This document shows, in pieces, positions 50,629 through 61,731 of a stretch of DNA of 64,000 nt. The translations under genes were made by a program, and so were the position numbers. The notes below the pieces were generated by a model, which had not been told where the DNA came from, made no database searches, and worked only from the letters and a program-made list of their open reading frames with translations. Where the stretch lies: NCBI GenBank assembly GCA_964575955.1, contig CAZNTG010000007.1, positions 32,001-96,000 of the forward strand. Direction: 5' to 3'. Numbering within the stretch: the stretch's first letter is position 1; every line of letters begins with the position of its first letter. The DNA is from an uncultured Thermoproteaceae archaeon (lineage in GTDB: Archaea > Thermoproteota > Thermoprotei > Thermoproteales > Thermocladiaceae).

Positions 50629-52590
50629 TTAAGACCCTTCTAACCTCAGCTTACCATCAAGAAATGCCTTAGCAAGTAACATCATTACGTGAGTACATGG
50701 TGTAAGCATTATACCATTACACTTCGTACATGACCAAGATTTCTCACCAACTCTAACTTCAACATACGTACCCTTAACACTTCCTGAAAGTACACCATCT
50801 TCAAAGTTGTACCTATCAACGCTGGAGTTTGCTAATATTAATGCTCTCTCTGCGTCGAGTCTAGAGATATTTACATCCAATATCTCATTTACAATCTTTC
50901 TAAATAATTCACATTTATCATACTCTAAACCAGTACTACTCTTACTCCACTCTGCAATTATGTCAATATCACCACCACCATAGTCAAGTATACGATCACG
51001 AAGTCTAACAATTACAGGCATTGGAACTATAGGTCCTGTAATTATTGCTTCACCAACATTTAACTGTGGTATTAATTTTGAAATTTCTGAATCAACAACT
51101 TCACTAGCTTGAACAACAGCATCAATATCTCTAGGATTTATTAATCTCAAAATTATCTGACTATTACATTGACTAAGAACATCTGGATCTATACGTGATG
51201 GTCTTTGAGTAATAACTACAAGATAGACACCGAATTTTCTACCTTCACATGCTATCTTCGTAATTGTATCAGTACTCCACTTTTTCTCTCTACTACGTGG
51301 AGGTACAAATCTATGTGCCTCTTCAACAATAACAACAACAGGATAGGGATATTTTGGACCTCTTAAACCTCTAACATATCTAATACGTGCACTCAATACT
51401 CTAGAAAGTACGTGATGTACAACATGATCTTGAACTTCGTCACTAACACCTGCTAAGTTTAGTATTGTTACATGTCTAGGTTTTAGTAATTTGAAGAGTG
51501 ATGTAGAGTAGTAGGTATATATACCCAATCTCTCCAACTTTCTTAACCTTATAAGTACTGAAAATGCTACAGCTCTATTACGTTTATCATCAGAAAACTG
51601 TTTAATATCATTAACAATATTCTCAATACGCTTCCTAATTTTTAAATTACTATTAAGTGTAGATAAATCAATCTTCGGCTTAATTATATGTACTAGAGAG
51701 TTTATTGATTTAAAATTACCACTATGAACAGCCTTTAATATCCTTCTAATATTCTTCAAAGTACATACACGCTTATCTCCCGTAATCTCTCTCAGTAACT
51801 TGACAAGACTATGCGCAAGATGTAGAATATGTCTCATCTTTACAGCTGTTGGAGGTATCTTCATCAATGTTGCAAGTGTGTCAGAGTCTATTGATGCAAT
51901 ATTTATACGATACTTACTCTCACCAACCTGATATTTAGCAACTTTAAAGACGGATACGGAGTTTCTAAATTCAGGACCTAACCTTTCAATCGATCTTTTA
52001 ATAGGCACATACTCGCCATGAGGATCTATTACAAGTATTGTTGCACCTTTCCTCAAGAGCTCTTCAATGAGTAGTATACTTGTCCAAGTCTTACCACTAC
52101 CTGTTGCAGCTATGATTGCTAGATGTCTTCTTATACCATTAACATCTATGAATACTGGAATTGAAGGTCTGGTAACTAGATATCCAATATGTAGACCTCT
52201 ATACTCAGGAACTTCTATCAACTTTCTAACATCTAGATCATCAGCAAGATATACAGGACTACCAACAGGTGGTACTGATCTAGGTTTAAGTATTACATCA
52301 CCTCTCCTAAATCCTAAAGTAATAACCTTACCTGACAATACCTCAATTAGACTATCCTGTGGTGTTGACTCTATTATATCTGCAATATATGACTCAGGTG
52401 TTAGTCTATAAGGTTCTCTCTTTATATCCAATATCTGTCCAATAACTCTAATTTCAGAGACCTTACCATCAATCTTATCAACAACATTAAAATAGACATA
52501 GTCGTATCTTGAAATATTCAACTTCTTCAATGCAACTGAAAGAATGCCACCACCTTCTGCAGATACTATGTAGCCTATAGGCTCACTCAT
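50629..52590 (-). CDS. herA: HerA bipolar helicase with a C-terminal Zn-finger extension
   Basis: HAS barrel, RHLAIIAATGSGKT, DPHGEY, VEEAHRF, EGRKFG, TQRPS. Confidence 0.93.
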   Translation of the reverse strand: MSEPIGYIVSAEGGGILSVALKKLNISRYDYVYFNVVDKIDGKVSEIRVIGQILDIKREPYRLTPESYIADIIESTPQDSLIEVLSGKVITLGFRRGDVILKPRSVPPVGSPVYLADDLDVRKLIEVPEYRGLHIGYLVTRPSIPVFIDVNGIRRHLAIIAATGSGKTWTSILLIEELLRKGATILVIDPHGEYVPIKRSIERLGPEFRNSVSVFKVAKYQVGESKYRINIASIDSDTLATLMKIPPTAVKMRHILHLAHSLVKLLREITGDKRVCTLKNIRRILKAVHSGNFKSINSLVHIIKPKIDLSTLNSNLKIRKRIENIVNDIKQFSDDKRNRAVAFSVLIRLRKLERLGIYTYYSTSLFKLLKPRHVTILNLAGVSDEVQDHVVHHVLSRVLSARIRYVRGLRGPKYPYPVVVIVEEAHRFVPPRSREKKWSTDTITKIACEGRKFGVYLVVITQRPSRIDPDVLSQCNSQIILRLINPRDIDAVVQASEVVDSEISKLIPQLNVGEAIITGPIVPMPVIVRLRDRILDYGGGDIDIIAEWSKSSTGLEYDKCELFRKIVNEILDVNISRLDAERALILANSSVDRYNFEDGVLSGSVKGTYVEVRVGEKSWSCTKCNGIMLTPCTHVMMLLAKAFLDGKLRLEGS

Positions 52591-53999
52591 TAATGAACAC
52601 CCATTATCAACGTATGTATTCTACGTCCTCTAACATTTTCAAGATTCTTAATAGTCATCATTACATATTCATTAAATTCACTATCTCTAAATGTTACATA
52701 GTTATGTGCAAGCCATAGCATTCTATTATAATGATACGGATCCTTATATTCTGAAAATAGTACTTCCAAAATATTCCACATATTAAAACTATCATAAAAT
52801 ATTTTTGGAGGAATAGTATCATCAAATAACCTCCACTTATTTACTGGAATCTCGATCAGCATTGGTGAATCATCTTTCCTAAACTTAACATATGCAAGTA
52901 GTATTCTAGGTAGTATGTTTAGTTTATCTCTAATCTTCTCAGCAAATCTTCTATACATCTCAGCCTCATTATCATCACACATTCTCAACATTATACTATC
53001 TTCAACTCTGTCAATTATCATTCTATATATTGAGTCTGGACTTGTCAACTTTTTATCATTCATATATGCATCTACAATACCTATCAAGAGTTTTCTAGAT
53101 ATTGCACAAGATAGTCCACATCTATGTGCTAAGTATTCTAATATACATGTATCTGTTATAGATTGTGAAATAACTATCTTAATACCATTTCTAATCAAGT
53201 CTCTATTTGAACCATTATACTCTCTTGCAAGCTCTACAAGTTTCTTTCTATATTTTCTAAGCCATACAATACTATACCACTCTGACCCTCTAGTAAATAT
53301 TTCATATATTTCTGTTGAGAATTTTAAACCAACATCTCTTTTGAATGCCTCTTTTAGTAGTGTAAACATTATGTGATCTTTCAATATTTTTAGGCTAGAG
53401 TTTTTAGATACGAATATTGGTTGAATGCCATAGCTTGCACATTCTTCTAGCAGTGTACATAGTTTGTATAGGTTTTCCATAATTTCAGGAACGTAGTATA
53501 GATCTAGAAATCCTCTAGTTAATATTAGATTATGTACTGCTCCTATCAGTCTTGCATATAGACTTCCATCTATGAGTAGGTATTTCTCTCTATTCTCTGG
53601 AAGTTTTGAAAGTTGTTCAATTACACATTTCATACATGTTTCAAGTTCTGCAAGTCCTAGATATGCCCAATATGCTGCACTGCTCGGTACAGGGAGATAG
53701 TGTGCTCTTACTGTTCTTATTGGCTTATCTCCGAAGTTGTTTACTGCTATTGCTCTAGCAATTACAATTTCCGAACCGTCTGTGAATGATATTGTTCTTA
53801 TACCTCCATCTACAGCAGCGACATAGTAATCATCTCTCTTTGATAAACCTTTCAATTCCCTCCACATCTCGTCTGGTCTAACATTGTCCAATACCTTGAG
53901 TAGGTATGTTGATGAACTTCTACGATCAGCACCGTCAAGTCTCGGCTTTATATTTTCCTCAAACTCCTTAACATATAGATCGAAAAATAGGTCAGGCAT
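52590..53999 (-). CDS. nurA: NurA 5'-3' nuclease
   Basis: AAVDGG, LIDGSL, VSK.S, D, C-terminal Y...L..AH; operon with herA/mre11/rad50. Confidence 0.88.
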   Translation of the reverse strand: MPDLFFDLYVKEFEENIKPRLDGADRRSSSTYLLKVLDNVRPDEMWRELKGLSKRDDYYVAAVDGGIRTISFTDGSEIVIARAIAVNNFGDKPIRTVRAHYLPVPSSAAYWAYLGLAELETCMKCVIEQLSKLPENREKYLLIDGSLYARLIGAVHNLILTRGFLDLYYVPEIMENLYKLCTLLEECASYGIQPIFVSKNSSLKILKDHIMFTLLKEAFKRDVGLKFSTEIYEIFTRGSEWYSIVWLRKYRKKLVELAREYNGSNRDLIRNGIKIVISQSITDTCILEYLAHRCGLSCAISRKLLIGIVDAYMNDKKLTSPDSIYRMIIDRVEDSIMLRMCDDNEAEMYRRFAEKIRDKLNILPRILLAYVKFRKDDSPMLIEIPVNKWRLFDDTIPPKIFYDSFNMWNILEVLFSEYKDPYHYNRMLWLAHNYVTFRDSEFNEYVMMTIKNLENVRGRRIHTLIMGVH

Positions 54000-54136
54000 C
54001 TCGCAATTTTCAACATGCTTTTGTGATTTATTGACCTATCGTGTACCTGCACTTACTTAGTGTGAGATAAAAGTTTCGGAAAGTATATCTAGCTAGGACT
54101 TAACTAGATATTAATCCCCTAAACGTAGAGTAATCC

Positions 54137-55027
54137 ATGCAAAGAGTTAGAGAACCAGCAGTAGCTGGGGCATTCTATGAGGCAGATAGAGAAGCTCTAA
54201 TAAGACAAATCGAGTGGTGTATAAACCATCCTATAGGTCCTGGAAAGATTGAAAGAGAGAAAGAGCCAGATGTAACTACAGTACCCATAGTCATATCACC
54301 ACATGCAGGATACATATTCTCAGGACCTGTAGCAGCACACTCATTCTTAGAATTGAGTAGATATACTCAACCAAAAACTGTGATCATAGTTGGACCAAAC
54401 CACTACGGTATTGGTGCACCTGTAGCAATAATGAATGAAGGTATTTGGAGAACACCATTAGGAGAAGTTGAGGTTGATAGTGAAGTTGCTAGAGAGCTAT
54501 TGAAGATATGTAAAATACTTGAAGTTGACTGGTATGCATTCATTAGAGAACACTCACTTGAAGTACAAATACCATTTCTACAATACTTCTTCAATAACAA
54601 GTTTAAGATAGTTCCAATATGCATGTTCTATCAGGGAAGTGATGCAGCAGAACAGCTTGGACATGCAATAGCAGAAGTTATGAAGATGTATAAACCTGGA
54701 GAGATAGTTCTAGTAGTTTCAACAGATTGGAATCACTACGAACCTCATGAAGTAACTGTTAAGAAAGATATGAAAGCTATTGAGAAAGTTCTAGAACTTG
54801 ATTTAAAAGGATTTTATAGAGTATTATCAGAATATTCAATATCTGTATGTGGATATGGACCTGTAGGTACAGCAATAGTAACTGCAAAAGAGATTGGTGT
54901 TAAGAAAGTTAAACTTCTAAAACATGCAACATCTGGAGATGTTGTTAGAGTAAATCCTGAAATGTATGGAGAGCTTGCATATAGTGATGAAGTTGTTGGA
55001 TATGCAGCTATAGCTTTCTACCTATAA
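54137..55027 (+). CDS. MEMO1-family protein (AmmeMemoRadiSam system protein B)
   Basis: REPAVAGAFY, PHAGYIFSG, GPNH, TPLG, EHSLEVQ.PF, STD..HY, CGYGP. Confidence 0.92.
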   Translation: MQRVREPAVAGAFYEADREALIRQIEWCINHPIGPGKIEREKEPDVTTVPIVISPHAGYIFSGPVAAHSFLELSRYTQPKTVIIVGPNHYGIGAPVAIMNEGIWRTPLGEVEVDSEVARELLKICKILEVDWYAFIREHSLEVQIPFLQYFFNNKFKIVPICMFYQGSDAAEQLGHAIAEVMKMYKPGEIVLVVSTDWNHYEPHEVTVKKDMKAIEKVLELDLKGFYRVLSEYSISVCGYGPVGTAIVTAKEIGVKKVKLLKHATSGDVVRVNPEMYGELAYSDEVVGYAAIAFYL

Positions 55028-55466
55028 CATGTTCAATAATATCTACAAATTTTTTAGCAATTCTATATATAGAATATTCAGGTACAATCCTACCATCACA
55101 TAAAACTCTAACAATTCTCAATTTACCATTTGCCTGGAGTTTAAATACATATCCATCTCTAGACTGTTCAATATCTATAATTCTCCATTCAGGATATCTT
55201 CTAGTTATCATAACTATTGCAGACTTCTTATCAATACAAAATGCGTTAGATTGAACTTCAATATTTACAATCTCTTCAATAGACTTAATTTCACCACTAG
55301 GACTAGCAATTACCTTGAATGTTCTATAGCTATATGTAAAGTATAGAATTAGATCACTTCTATCAAATTCAACTCTTAAAAACTTTATACCTCTCTCATC
55401 TATATTCATCACATTCGATATTACACGCTTAGCTCTAGCTATAATTGATTGAAGATTTTCTATCAT
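55008..55466 (-). CDS. Hypothetical protein (possibly two PepSY-like repeats)
   Basis: Two helix + beta-sheet units ending SGEI and DGRI; weak resemblance only. Confidence 0.5.
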   Translation of the reverse strand: MIENLQSIIARAKRVISNVMNIDERGIKFLRVEFDRSDLILYFTYSYRTFKVIASPSGEIKSIEEIVNIEVQSNAFCIDKKSAIVMITRRYPEWRIIDIEQSRDGYVFKLQANGKLRIVRVLCDGRIVPEYSIYRIAKKFVDIIEHVIGRKL

Positions 55467-55503
55467 CTAACTAGTACGTATCAATACCCTATATATTCTA
55501 AAC

Positions 55504-56076
55504 TTACAAAATAGAAACCTCATTCCAAAATCTTTCTAAGATCTCGATAAGCTTTTCTAGGTTAAAAACTTCATAATTCATAAATATGTTGTAGTGAATA
55601 TTAATCTCCTTAATATATTCTAAAAGCCATCTTCTTTCAAAACTTAAATCAATACCATACTTAACTAGTAGACAAGAATCATCAATTCCAGATATCTTCA
55701 ATGGATATGCTCTACATGCCATTGGTCTAACAGGATATATTGTACATCTATTATTTTTCAAAAATATACAATCACTATCTATCTTTCTCAGTTTTATAAT
55801 TAGCATATATTTGAAGTATTTTCCAAATTTTCTCTCTAACTCTCTAACTGTTTCATAACTTATAGCTACATTATAGTTTCTTGGTAGTATTTTTGTTATA
55901 TATTCTTCATGTGTATAATATTCGAAGTATTGTACTACATCTCTAGGTTTTTTATTTAAATACTTCAATATTCTAACTATGTCAAATATTGTTATATTTG
56001 GACTAGGACCTTTACAACATCTTGCTCCACATTCTTCACATATTTTAACTATTTCTTCTCTTTCTTTCTGAACCAC
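55504..56076 (-). CDS. YkgJ-family cysteine-cluster protein
   Basis: CEECGARCC ... CIFL...RCTIYPVRPMACRAYP. Confidence 0.85.
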   Translation of the reverse strand: MVQKEREEIVKICEECGARCCKGPSPNITIFDIVRILKYLNKKPRDVVQYFEYYTHEEYITKILPRNYNVAISYETVRELERKFGKYFKYMLIIKLRKIDSDCIFLKNNRCTIYPVRPMACRAYPLKISGIDDSCLLVKYGIDLSFERRWLLEYIKEINIHYNIFMNYEVFNLEKLIEILERFWNEVSIL

Positions 56077-56821
56077 CTTTAAGTACAGCTTTTACAATGT
56101 TTCTAAGTTTATCTGGATTTTTCTCAACTACAGTTCCTGTAACTACTATATCTGCACCTGCTTTAGCTATACTATATGCAGATTCTTCACTTCTAATACC
56201 TCCTCCGACAATTAGTACATTATTAAACACTTTCCTACACATTGCTACTATGTCAGGTGGGATATGTTGTTTAGCACCACTTCCAGCTTCTATATAGAGG
56301 AATGGATATTCAAGATATCTAGCTGCTAATACATATGCAATTATTAGTTCAGGTTTGTCGTATGGTATTATTCTAGCTTGACTAACATATCCAACAGCAC
56401 CACCATCACCAACTATGAGATATGCGAGTGGTATAGTTTCTAGGTCTCTATACTTTTTGAAGAGTATCACTGAAGCTTGAACTTGTGCATCAATTATGTA
56501 GTATATGTTTGAACTATTTATGACAGTTATAAACCATAGTGCATCTGCATACCTACTTATTGATGCTATATTTCCTGGAAATAGTATGACTGGAATTGAA
56601 ATATTTCTCTTCAACTCTCTAATATATTCATCTAGTATAGACTCATTAACACCTAGTGAACCACCGACCATTATTGCTGAAGAACCACACTCTTCTGCAT
56701 ATTTTCCAAGTTTTACAAAATTCTCAATATCAACCTTATCTGGATCTAGTAGTGTTATATGTATACTGCCATACTTTTCAATTTGTTCATATAGATAATT
56801 TCTAACTTTTCTACAATTCAC
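56045..56821 (-). CDS. Geranylgeranylglyceryl phosphate synthase
   Basis: H.TLLDPDK, MVGGS, PVILFPG, YIEAGSGA, VGGGIR, GADIVVTG. Confidence 0.93.
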   Translation of the reverse strand: MNCRKVRNYLYEQIEKYGSIHITLLDPDKVDIENFVKLGKYAEECGSSAIMVGGSLGVNESILDEYIRELKRNISIPVILFPGNIASISRYADALWFITVINSSNIYYIIDAQVQASVILFKKYRDLETIPLAYLIVGDGGAVGYVSQARIIPYDKPELIIAYVLAARYLEYPFLYIEAGSGAKQHIPPDIVAMCRKVFNNVLIVGGGIRSEESAYSIAKAGADIVVTGTVVEKNPDKLRNIVKAVLKGGSERKRRNS

Positions 56822-56835
56822 GTACTATTCTAAAT

Positions 56836-57249
56836 TTAAGAACTTTCTTCACTTTCACTCTCAGTCTCAACTTCTTCAGACTCTGATTTTGTAACACTCT
56901 CACTTTCAACCTCTTCAATAGATTCTTCACCACTTGTTGCCAATTCTGACTCTTCACCTATCTCACTTTTCAATTCTTCTAATGTTAACACTTCCTCTTT
57001 CTGTGGTTTTATAACACCTTCGTAGTATAGATCTACAAACTTGTTGTAGTAGTCTACAGGTAGTAGTCCATCTACAAGTTCAAACTCTGCTGCAAGTCTA
57101 CAATTTCCACATACGACTCTAACCTTTCTATTCTTCTTATCCTGCTTCACATTTACTACAGTACTACCACAGTTGGGACATGTAAATATCTTAGGAAGCT
57201 TCTTTTGAGGTCTAACTATAATACGTTTTCTCTTACGTCTTCTACCCAT
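56836..57249 (-). CDS. elf1: Transcription elongation factor Elf1 with acidic tail
   Basis: MGRRRKRK...LPKIFTCPNCG ... CGNC ... PVD.Y..FVD. Confidence 0.9.
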   Translation of the reverse strand: MGRRRKRKRIIVRPQKKLPKIFTCPNCGSTVVNVKQDKKNRKVRVVCGNCRLAAEFELVDGLLPVDYYNKFVDLYYEGVIKPQKEEVLTLEELKSEIGEESELATSGEESIEEVESESVTKSESEEVETESESEESS

Positions 57250-57305
57250 TACTAGTTACCTATACCTGAGAGATTATATAAGCATGTTGTTAAGATGTGT
57301 GTGTT

Positions 57306-59984
57306 TTAAGTTACTGGAATTCCAGCTCTTCTAAGTAGTTCATCAACATTTATTCTACCATTATCACTTCTAGATACATCAATACCATCTTCACCATATC
57401 TATACTGTACTATTATTCCAGAACCACCTCTAACAGTTCCATCATATGCAACATATATGTCCTGTAGTGCATTTATCAATCTTCTCTGCATATATCCTGA
57501 CTGTGCTGTACGTACTGCTGTATCTACTAGACCGTCTCTACCACCAGCTGCGTGGAAGAAGTATTCTACAGGTGGTAGACCTTTTCTAAAGCATGATTTT
57601 ACAAATCCTCTACATTCTGGACCTAGATCTCCAGGTGTGAAGTGTGCTGTTGTTCTACCTTCAAAACCTCTCTTAATTCTCTCACCACGAATACTTTGTT
57701 GACCTATCATTGCGACCATCTGCATTATGTTTAGAATACTACCTCTAGCTCCTGTCTTAGCCATTATATATGCGTCAGACTTCTTATTTATGTACTTCTC
57801 AGTAATCTTCTGTGCTTCTTCTCTAACTCTTACCAATATCTTATTTATGTAGTCTTCTAACGTCTCTTCAACTGTTAATCCAGGCTCTGCCTGTAACGTT
57901 CCCTCTCTATACATCTGTATATATCTTTCAACCTCCTCCTTAGCCTTCTTGTATATCTCCTCAAGTTCTTTATAAGCATCTTCAGGCATTACTAGACTAT
58001 CGAGACCCATTGTAAATCCTCTCAAATCTAAATATCTAAGTAACATTCTGAGTACTGAGTCAATCCACTTTCTAGCATACTCATTACCATACCTCTTAAC
58101 AATTACATGCCATAGTGAGTTTACCTGTTCAGCACCTATAGACTTCTTATCTATGACACCTGTAGCCATATATCCTTTAACAACTATTATATACTCATCT
58201 GTGTTACATGTGTATGGGTCTGTGCATTTTGACTTTATTGCAGTAGGCTGTACCCAATCTAGATCTTTTGGAAGTAGCATCGATATTACCTGCTTACCTG
58301 TCCATGCTTCAACTGGGTGCATTATTGCTGGTTCTTCAATCTCTCCATCATAGTTTGCAGCTGCTAGAAGGTACATTAGTGTCTTCTTATCTATAAATGT
58401 GTCTTTCTTAGTTAGTAAATATCCACCAGTTATGTAGTCTTGTCTAGCACCTATTATAGGTCCTCCATATCTTGGAGTTATTATATGCTTCTCAACTAGT
58501 GTTAATGTTCTAGCTTCAGCTCTAGCTTCCTCATTTTGTGGAACATGTAGATTCATCTCATCTCCATCAAAATCTGCATTATATGGTGGACATACTGCTA
58601 GGTGTAGTCTAAATGTTCTTCCTGGAAGGACTTTAACTATGTGTCCCATCATTGACATTCTGTGTAGACTTGGCTGTCTGTTGAATAGGACAATATCACC
58701 GTCCATTAGATGTCTCTCAACTATCCATCCTGGCTCTAGCTGTTCTGCAAGTCTCTTTCTATCTTTCATATATCTCAAGTCTATTCTTCTACCGCCAGGC
58801 ATTATGACGTAGTTTGCTCCAGGCCATATTTCAGGTCCATTAATTACTAACTGTCTAAGCCATTCAATATTCCACTCAGTAACGACTTCAGGAACTGTCA
58901 ATATCTTTGCAATATCTATAGGTACACCAACCTCATTAATGCTTAAGTTTGGATCTGGACTTATTACTGTTCTTGCTGAGAAGTCTACTCTCTTACCTGA
59001 TAGAGAACCTCTAAATCTACCTTCCTTACCTTTCAATCTCTGTGCTAGTGTCTTTAGTGGTCTACCACTTCTATGTTTTGCAGGTGCTAGATTTGGTAAT
59101 TCATTGTTGAAGTATGTTGCTACATGGTATTGTAGTAGTTCCCATAGATCTTCTATAACACTTGCAGGTGCTCCTGACTCGATAGCGTTTCTAAGCTTCT
59201 CATTTGTTCTAACAATATCTACAAGCTTGTGTGTTAGATCATCCTCACTTCTAATACCTGTCTCTAACTGTATTGATGGTCTAACATGTGGTGGTGGTAC
59301 TGGAAGTACTTCAAGTATTGCCCATTCAGGTCTTGCAAATTTTGGATCAATACCAAGAACCTCTAAATCACGGTCAGGAATTTTCTCAAGTCTCTCTCTA
59401 ATCTTTACAGGATCTAGCTTTACAAGACCACCATCTTCAAGTTCTTCATAGAAGTGGTATGGTCTTTCAAAGACTATCTTTCTCTGCTTAGCACCACAGT
59501 GTGGACATGTATCTCTTTCCTGTGCTTTCTTTAAGATCCTCTTAGTTAACATCTCTGCAATAGGTCTCCAATGCTTTCTCAATTTCTCAAGTCTTCTCCT
59601 ATACTTCTCAATTTCAGAGTCTGTTAATAGAAGTCTACCACACTCTCTACATGTAGCTCTAAGTAGTTCATATATGTACTTTGCAAATTCTACATGAATA
59701 ACAGGTCTTGCAAGTTCAATTCTACCAAAATGACCAGGACATCTATCATGAGTATTACCACACTTCTCACATCTAGCACCTGGCTCGACAACTCCAAGTC
59801 TTCTATCCATTAAACCTCCACGAACAGGTTGACCAGCTTCATCATAAGTTTCTGAAGTTGTTATCTCGATAACTGATAACTTTCTGATAAGATCAGGAGA
59901 TAAAATGCCAAACTTTATCTCCTTAATCACTTTAAGCGGAACCTCTACCTCAGTCTCAAGTTCTCGAGAAGTGATTGTAGACAC
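57306..59984 (-). CDS. rpoA1: RNA polymerase subunit A' (Rpo1N)
   Basis: [58 protein letters not shown]. Confidence 0.98.
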   Translation of the reverse strand: MSTITSRELETEVEVPLKVIKEIKFGILSPDLIRKLSVIEITTSETYDEAGQPVRGGLMDRRLGVVEPGARCEKCGNTHDRCPGHFGRIELARPVIHVEFAKYIYELLRATCRECGRLLLTDSEIEKYRRRLEKLRKHWRPIAEMLTKRILKKAQERDTCPHCGAKQRKIVFERPYHFYEELEDGGLVKLDPVKIRERLEKIPDRDLEVLGIDPKFARPEWAILEVLPVPPPHVRPSIQLETGIRSEDDLTHKLVDIVRTNEKLRNAIESGAPASVIEDLWELLQYHVATYFNNELPNLAPAKHRSGRPLKTLAQRLKGKEGRFRGSLSGKRVDFSARTVISPDPNLSINEVGVPIDIAKILTVPEVVTEWNIEWLRQLVINGPEIWPGANYVIMPGGRRIDLRYMKDRKRLAEQLEPGWIVERHLMDGDIVLFNRQPSLHRMSMMGHIVKVLPGRTFRLHLAVCPPYNADFDGDEMNLHVPQNEEARAEARTLTLVEKHIITPRYGGPIIGARQDYITGGYLLTKKDTFIDKKTLMYLLAAANYDGEIEEPAIMHPVEAWTGKQVISMLLPKDLDWVQPTAIKSKCTDPYTCNTDEYIIVVKGYMATGVIDKKSIGAEQVNSLWHVIVKRYGNEYARKWIDSVLRMLLRYLDLRGFTMGLDSLVMPEDAYKELEEIYKKAKEEVERYIQMYREGTLQAEPGLTVEETLEDYINKILVRVREEAQKITEKYINKKSDAYIMAKTGARGSILNIMQMVAMIGQQSIRGERIKRGFEGRTTAHFTPGDLGPECRGFVKSCFRKGLPPVEYFFHAAGGRDGLVDTAVRTAQSGYMQRRLINALQDIYVAYDGTVRGGSGIIVQYRYGEDGIDVSRSDNGRINVDELLRRAGIPVT

Positions 59985-60067
59985 GGTATCTCAACCATAC
60001 TATTCAAATATTTTAAAAACCTTTCTCAGACAAAACGTTCATAAGCTCTAGATAGATTAACTAGATA

Positions 60068-60141
60068 AGCCCCTCCGGCGTGGGTCGGGCAAGTAGGTCG
60101 TTGACCTTCGATGAGCCCGACCCCTCCAAGGGGGCTATACA
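60068..60141 (+). ncRNA. Single-hairpin H/ACA pseudouridylation guide RNA
   Basis: Lower stem AGCCCCT/GGGGGCT, pocket CCGGCGT/CTCCAA, upper stem GGGTCGGGC/GCCCGACCC, apical AGGTC/GACCT hairpin with ATGA, then ATA/ACA. TATA-like TTCATAA about 25 nt upstream. Confidence 0.85.
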
Positions 60142-60195
60142 ACATAAACATTTTAAGATTGTCAATATGCAGAGTTAGTAGAGATTAAAATTGCT

Positions 60196-61731
60196 ATGAG
60201 GAGTGTATGTAAAGGTCTAGTAGCTAAGGATAGACTATTTAGAAATGTTAAGAAGCCTGTAAGAACGATATCAGGAGTTGTACCTATAGCTGTAATGACC
60301 AGACCAGCACCATGTCCCGGAAAGTGTATATACTGTCCTGGTGGTCTACAATTATCAACTCCAAAAAGCTACATGCCTGATAGTCCAGTAGTACTTAGAG
60401 CAGTACCTGTAAACTATGATCCATATCTACAAGTTGTGAAGAGAGTTAAATCATACATATACATGGGTCATAGAGTATCTAAAGTTGAGATAATTGTGAT
60501 GGGTGGAACATTTACAGCACTACCATTAGAGTATCAGAGATGGTTTATAGCTAACATATATAAGGCATTGAATGACTATCCTGTATGGGAACAAAAATCT
60601 TCAGATAATGTAAATCTTGAAGTAGAAATGAAGAGAAATGAGAAGGCTAAGATTAGAGTTGTTGTACTAAATATAGAGACAAGGCCAGACTACATAAATG
60701 AGAAGATAATTGACAACCTGCTAGACATGGGTGTCACGAGAGTTGAGATTGGTGTACAGTCCATATATGATGATGTTTTAAGAATAGTTAAGAGAGGTCA
60801 TACTGTTAAGGAAGTTATTGAAGCTACGAGAATGTTGAAAGATTCAGCATTTAAAGTATGTTATCACATAATGCCAGGACTTCCAGGTTCAGATCCTGAT
60901 AGAGATTTAGAGATGTTGAAGACAATATTTGAAGATCCAAACTTTAGACCTGACTGTTTAAAGATATATCCAACACTTGTAATACCAGGTACTGAACTAT
61001 ATGAGATGTGGAAGAGAGGAGAGTATAGAAGTTATGATCAAGAAACTTGGATAGAACTACTCTCAAAAATGTTAAGCATTGTTCCAAGATGGGTTAGGGT
61101 TATGAGATTTGGTAGAGATATACCACTACACTGGGTTGTTGATGGACCAAAGATTGGAAATCTTAGACAGGTAGTTCTAGACTACATGAGTAGTAGAGGT
61201 ATGATGTGTGTTGAGATTAGGTGTAGAGAGGCTGGTCATAGGATGTTAGAGAGAGGTGAGATGTTAAATCCTGATAAGATATATATTAGAAAGACTGTAT
61301 ATGAAGCCTCTGGTGGAATTGAAATATTTCTAGAAGCTGTAGATAGTGAAGATACACTATATGGAATACTTAGACTTAGAATACCTAGCGACAACGCTCA
61401 TAGACCAGAAATCAAGATTGGAAGAGCAGCATTAGTTAGAGAACTACACGTATATAGTCCACAAGTACCAATAAGTATGAGAGATGAAAAATCATGGCAA
61501 CATAGAGGTATTGGAAGAAGACTACTAGCAGAAGCTGAGAGAATAGCATATGAAGAATTTTCAAGATATAGAATGTTCATAATATCTGCAGTAGGAGTCA
61601 GAGAATACTACAGAAAGTTAGGATATAGAAAATATCCAGGAAGTTTCTACATGTTTAAAGATCTTAGAAAAAATATGATTAACTTAGAAACTTCCGAAAT
61701 TGATGAAGAATATTTTGAATCTCCTCCCTAA
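60196..61731 (+). CDS. elp3: Elp3 tRNA U34 carboxymethylase (radical SAM + KAT)
   Basis: RTISGV.P.AVMT.P..CP..C.YCPGG, MGGTF, ETRPD, VEIGVQS, LKIYPTLV, RELHVY, QHRG.G. Confidence 0.95.
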   Translation: MRSVCKGLVAKDRLFRNVKKPVRTISGVVPIAVMTRPAPCPGKCIYCPGGLQLSTPKSYMPDSPVVLRAVPVNYDPYLQVVKRVKSYIYMGHRVSKVEIIVMGGTFTALPLEYQRWFIANIYKALNDYPVWEQKSSDNVNLEVEMKRNEKAKIRVVVLNIETRPDYINEKIIDNLLDMGVTRVEIGVQSIYDDVLRIVKRGHTVKEVIEATRMLKDSAFKVCYHIMPGLPGSDPDRDLEMLKTIFEDPNFRPDCLKIYPTLVIPGTELYEMWKRGEYRSYDQETWIELLSKMLSIVPRWVRVMRFGRDIPLHWVVDGPKIGNLRQVVLDYMSSRGMMCVEIRCREAGHRMLERGEMLNPDKIYIRKTVYEASGGIEIFLEAVDSEDTLYGILRLRIPSDNAHRPEIKIGRAALVRELHVYSPQVPISMRDEKSWQHRGIGRRLLAEAERIAYEEFSRYRMFIISAVGVREYYRKLGYRKYPGSFYMFKDLRKNMINLETSEIDEEYFESPP

